From an uncultured Phycisphaerales bacterium (GTDB lineage: Bacteria; Planctomycetota; Phycisphaerae; Tepidisphaerales; Tepidisphaeraceae), in assembly GCA_963758525.1 (NCBI GenBank), contig CAVWVQ010000003.1, forward strand, positions 3,136,001-3,200,000: a DNA stretch of 64,000 nt, given 5' to 3'. Below, one piece after another: positions 61,105 through 64,000 of this stretch. Both the position numbers and the translations under genes were made by a program. The number at the start of each line of letters is the position of its first letter. Position 1 is the stretch's first letter. The notes under the pieces were generated by a model. That model was not told the origin of the DNA, made no database searches, and worked only from the letters and a program-made list of their open reading frames with translations.

Positions 61105-63336
61105 CTACGAGACCGGGTCAACCTGCCGTCGCCGCCGGCGCACCAAGACCGGGCCTGTGCCAACAATGAAGAGCAGAGCTGTTCCTGGCTCTGGAGTTGC
61201 ATTGTAAACAACATCCAGCGTTCCGCCTGTGCCGCCACCCGAACCGATGAACTCAAGGTAGGCGGTCCCATTGGTCCCGTCGCTGGCTGAGCCGTTGGCA
61301 AACCCGCTGGTGTCGAGGGCAAACGCATTGCTGTCCGCGACCGACGCCGCATTCGGGCCGGTGAGAATGATCGTCGCTCCCGAACCGGCGACAACGCCTG
61401 GGATGTTCGAGGATGCCAATGAGGCGATCTCAAACGTGCCGCCGCTGAAGTAGGCGATCGCAGTTCCTGAAGTCGGCGTCGATCCGCCGAAGCTTTGCAC
61501 GGAGACTGTGAACGGTGACGTTGGCGCGGAAGGAACGATCAGCGCCTGCATATTGATCAAGTCCCAGTTTGTGCCCGCTGTTCCTGGACCGGGGCTGGGA
61601 AGATCATTGAGCTTCCAGACGTAGGACCCGCCGGAGTTCCACGCCTGATCGCCGGTGGTAAAGGCGCCGGCATGAGTGGCGTCGGCGCCCGCGGTCACCT
61701 TGGCTCCTGCGTTAACCATGACCGCACCGGATACTGAACCGCTTCCGCCGAATGTTCCGCCGCTCGCGATGGTGATGCCGAGCGTTCCGGTCCCGGAGCC
61801 GGAGGCGTTATTCACCCGAAGCGTGCCGCCGCTCACTATTGTTCCGCCGGTATAAGTATTTGATCCGCCTATGGTTTGTATTCCGGATCCGGTCTTTACC
61901 AGCGCAATGGCGCCCGTGATGACGCCTGACGTCGCTGCCGTGGAACCGCCGTAGCTATAAGTGCCGCTGCCGCCGAGCGTGAGGGTGGAACTGCCTGTTG
62001 AGGTGGTCACGGTATTCTGCGTTGTGACCGTGCTGGTTCCGAGGTAAGCAATCGAATTGAGCCCCGCGATTTGCTGGTTGACACCATCTAGGTCGAGCGT
62101 CCCTGTGTTCGCACTCCCAAGGGCTAGAGCCGTCCCGGCCGTTCCGATGCTGACGGTAGTGCCGATCGGCAGGCGATCATTCGCGGTGGTGACCTGTAGT
62201 GTGCCCGCATTAATGGCTGTTGCCCCGCTATAGGTGCTTGATCCGCCCAAACGCATAATGCCCGGACCCGCCTTGGCCCACGCACCCGTCTTGCCGGCGG
62301 CGTCGGAGATGACCCCGTTGTAGGTCAGATCGCCAGCGGGGTCGGCCACGTTAATGCTTGTTCCGGCGGTATCCCCGACCTGAATGCTCCGACTCGGGCT
62401 CCAAGTGGAAGTGACGCCAGTACCTGTGGCGCCGGCGGAGGTCAGCCGGCCGCCGTCAACAACGATAGACGTGCTGGTGCCGAAGCTGCCGTCATTGGCG
62501 AAGCCCACCTCGCCTCCGGTAATGGTGATCGGGCCGGCAAACGCATTGGACGCGTTCGTGAGGTAAATGGCACCGGTGCCCGAGCCGTTGAAACTGAGCC
62601 CCGCGCTGCCGCTGCCGGTTACGACGCCCGTGAACGCGCGGCTGCCGCTGGTCGAGTCTGTAATGGTTCGCGTTGCGGAGCCGATGCCGATCGCATTTTT
62701 CCAGACGTCATTTCCGGTACCGGAAAAGGTAAAGTCGCCACCGATCGTAAGAGAGGATGAAGTGTACGTCAGCCCGAGCGATGATTGGATGGTTCCGCCG
62801 TTAATTGTCATCGCACCGGAGCTAAACGAGTTGGTTCCAGAGACGATGACGGTGCCGGCGTTGAGCGTGAAGCCTCCGTCGTATCTCACATTTGTGCCCG
62901 GTCCTGGACCCCAGTTCAGAGTTCCAGTGCCGCTCTTGATGATCCCCGCTCCCTCGTTGCCGCTGGCCGTGGATTGGCTTTGGCCGGTCCAGTTGAGCGT
63001 GGATCCCGTGCCAATATTGAAGGTGCGGATCCCGCCTAACGTGAGCGTTCCCGCCTGCGTGATCGTCACTGTTTTGCCGTCAGAGACAGTGACATTACCT
63101 ACTGTGGTCGTGCCGAATTTTAACGTCGAATTGTCAGTGAAATTTGCATTGTTCGCAGGAACCCACGTACTGCCGCCGGTGGCTGTAGCGGAACTGCTCC
63201 AAAACGCGGACCCTGTCCAGGTGCCGGTAGTCGTTCCATCAGTGCGCCAGTACTGATCGGCCGCGTGTGCGAGTGGTGAAGCCGCGGCGATTGCTGCCGC
63301 GATAATTGAACATTGGGATCTACATCTCTTTTTCAT
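61105..63336 (-). CDS. PEP-CTERM protein with autotransporter-associated beta-strand repeats
   Basis: Signal peptide; repeats KAGPGIMRLGGSSTYSGATAINAGTL, KTGSGIQTIGGSNTYTGGTIVSGGTL; C-terminal TPEPGTALLFIVGTGPVLVRRRRR. Confidence 0.92.
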   Translation of the reverse strand: MKKRCRSQCSIIAAAIAAASPLAHAADQYWRTDGTTTGTWTGSAFWSSSATATGGSTWVPANNANFTDNSTLKFGTTTVGNVTVSDGKTVTITQAGTLTLGGIRTFNIGTGSTLNWTGQSQSTASGNEGAGIIKSGTGTLNWGPGPGTNVRYDGGFTLNAGTVIVSGTNSFSSGAMTINGGTIQSSLGLTYTSSSLTIGGDFTFSGTGNDVWKNAIGIGSATRTITDSTSGSRAFTGVVTGSGSAGLSFNGSGTGAIYLTNASNAFAGPITITGGEVGFANDGSFGTSTSIVVDGGRLTSAGATGTGVTSTWSPSRSIQVGDTAGTSINVADPAGDLTYNGVISDAAGKTGAWAKAGPGIMRLGGSSTYSGATAINAGTLQVTTANDRLPIGTTVSIGTAGTALALGSANTGTLDLDGVNQQIAGLNSIAYLGTSTVTTQNTVTTSTGSSTLTLGGSGTYSYGGSTAATSGVITGAIALVKTGSGIQTIGGSNTYTGGTIVSGGTLRVNNASGSGTGTLGITIASGGTFGGSGSVSGAVMVNAGAKVTAGADATHAGAFTTGDQAWNSGGSYVWKLNDLPSPGPGTAGTNWDLINMQALIVPSAPTSPFTVSVQSFGGSTPTSGTAIAYFSGGTFEIASLASSNIPGVVAGSGATIILTGPNAASVADSNAFALDTSGFANGSASDGTNGTAYLEFIGSGGGTGGTLDVVYNATPEPGTALLFIVGTGPVLVRRRRRQVDPVS

Positions 63337-63669
63337 CTGCGCCTTTGTTTCTCCCCGGTAGCTGGTTTTTCAGGCCAGGCCCTAGAATCACGTTGGCGCG
63401 GTCGGTGAGTCACCTATAGGGGAATTCCGGAGAGCCGTAAAGCAGGAATTGAAGATATTGTTAAGAAAATCGAGATTTTCTTGCCACGACACCAAGAAAT
63501 GCCCAAATGTGCGGCAGCTTGACCTCGATACCCCTTGCGGCTGCTTAATCTCTGGGCGGATTCGGGTGACGGCCCGCCGCGCAACAAGCCATTGGCGAAT
63601 GCGTACCAAATCTGTCTAATGGCAAAAGCTCAGATACGATGAACTTCAACTCCGAAGGCGGCAGGAAAT

Positions 63670-63915
63670 ATGAAGTGGGTTCTTTGCTTGTTGATCGCGT
63701 TGTTGGTGGTTCTCCACCAGGATTTCTGGAACTGGACGCGGGCCGCGCCGCTGGCGTTTGGCTTTCTGCCGCTGGGATTGACGTATCACGTGGTCTACGC
63801 CCTGGCGTGCGCGGGGTTGATGGGGCTGCTCGTACGCTTCGCCTGGCCCAAGGAGCTCGAATCAGCCTCGCCACAGACGCCCGAAGCGCAACGCGCGGAG
63901 GGAGGCCATGAGTAG
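63670..63915 (+). CDS. DUF3311-like small membrane protein partnering a sodium:solute symporter
   Basis: LHQDFWNW, FGFLPLGLTYHVVY, WP; overlaps next gene. Confidence 0.8.
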   Translation: MKWVLCLLIALLVVLHQDFWNWTRAAPLAFGFLPLGLTYHVVYALACAGLMGLLVRFAWPKELESASPQTPEAQRAEGGHE

Positions 63916-64000
63916 TCCCTGGATTCCCGCATTGGTCATCTTCTTCTATCTCGCAGTAGTCCTTTACATCGGGATCTTCGCGTTCCGAAAGGGACGCTCC
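63908..64000 (+). CDS. Probable sodium:solute symporter, N-terminus only (partial)
   Basis: MSSPWIPALVIFFYLAVVLYIGIFAFRKG after SD GGAGG, downstream of a DUF3311-like gene. Confidence 0.7.
   Translation, partial: MSSPWIPALVIFFYLAVVLYIGIFAFRKGRS

Overview
GC-rich bacterial chromosomal segment. Gene content (PEP-CTERM autotransporter-repeat protein, H-X9-DG prepilin-like protein, PQQ-type beta-propeller, HEAT/TPR proteins) suggests a planctomycete, probably Phycisphaerae/Tepidisphaerales (inference). From left to right: a glycan-use locus (GH172/DUF2961, ribose-type ABC transporter, Tat-exported GH116); tRNA-Val(GAC) beside an antitoxin with a decayed RelE/ParE toxin; an Fe3+/polyamine-type ABC transporter; a rhamnulose-phosphate aldolase/dehydrogenase; then a ~14 kb co-oriented candidate metal-starvation locus (Fur/Zur-like palindrome, DUF318 permease split by an IS1634-family element, DUF58, transglutaminase-like protein lacking its catalytic Cys, MoxR, a CruR/DUF2946-like leader ORF with CxxH and an RGPP arrest-like motif, TonB-dependent receptor, TonB/ExbB/ExbD, coiled-coil protein, MsrA). 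After that come an unexplained wHTH + membrane-protein pair and mostly housekeeping genes (ispD, ppk2, rhaI, DUF433/PIN toxin-antitoxin pair, yajQ, pnp, rpsO, murI, QueC-like, DnaJ-class). Intergenic DNA is dense in several distinct REP/REPIN-like inverted repeats and heptamer-based inverted-repeat elements, one present both empty and enclosing a gene. About a dozen genes, including pnp, carry single-base frameshifts, most simply explained as assembly indel errors. All family calls come from motif recognition by eye, not database searches.
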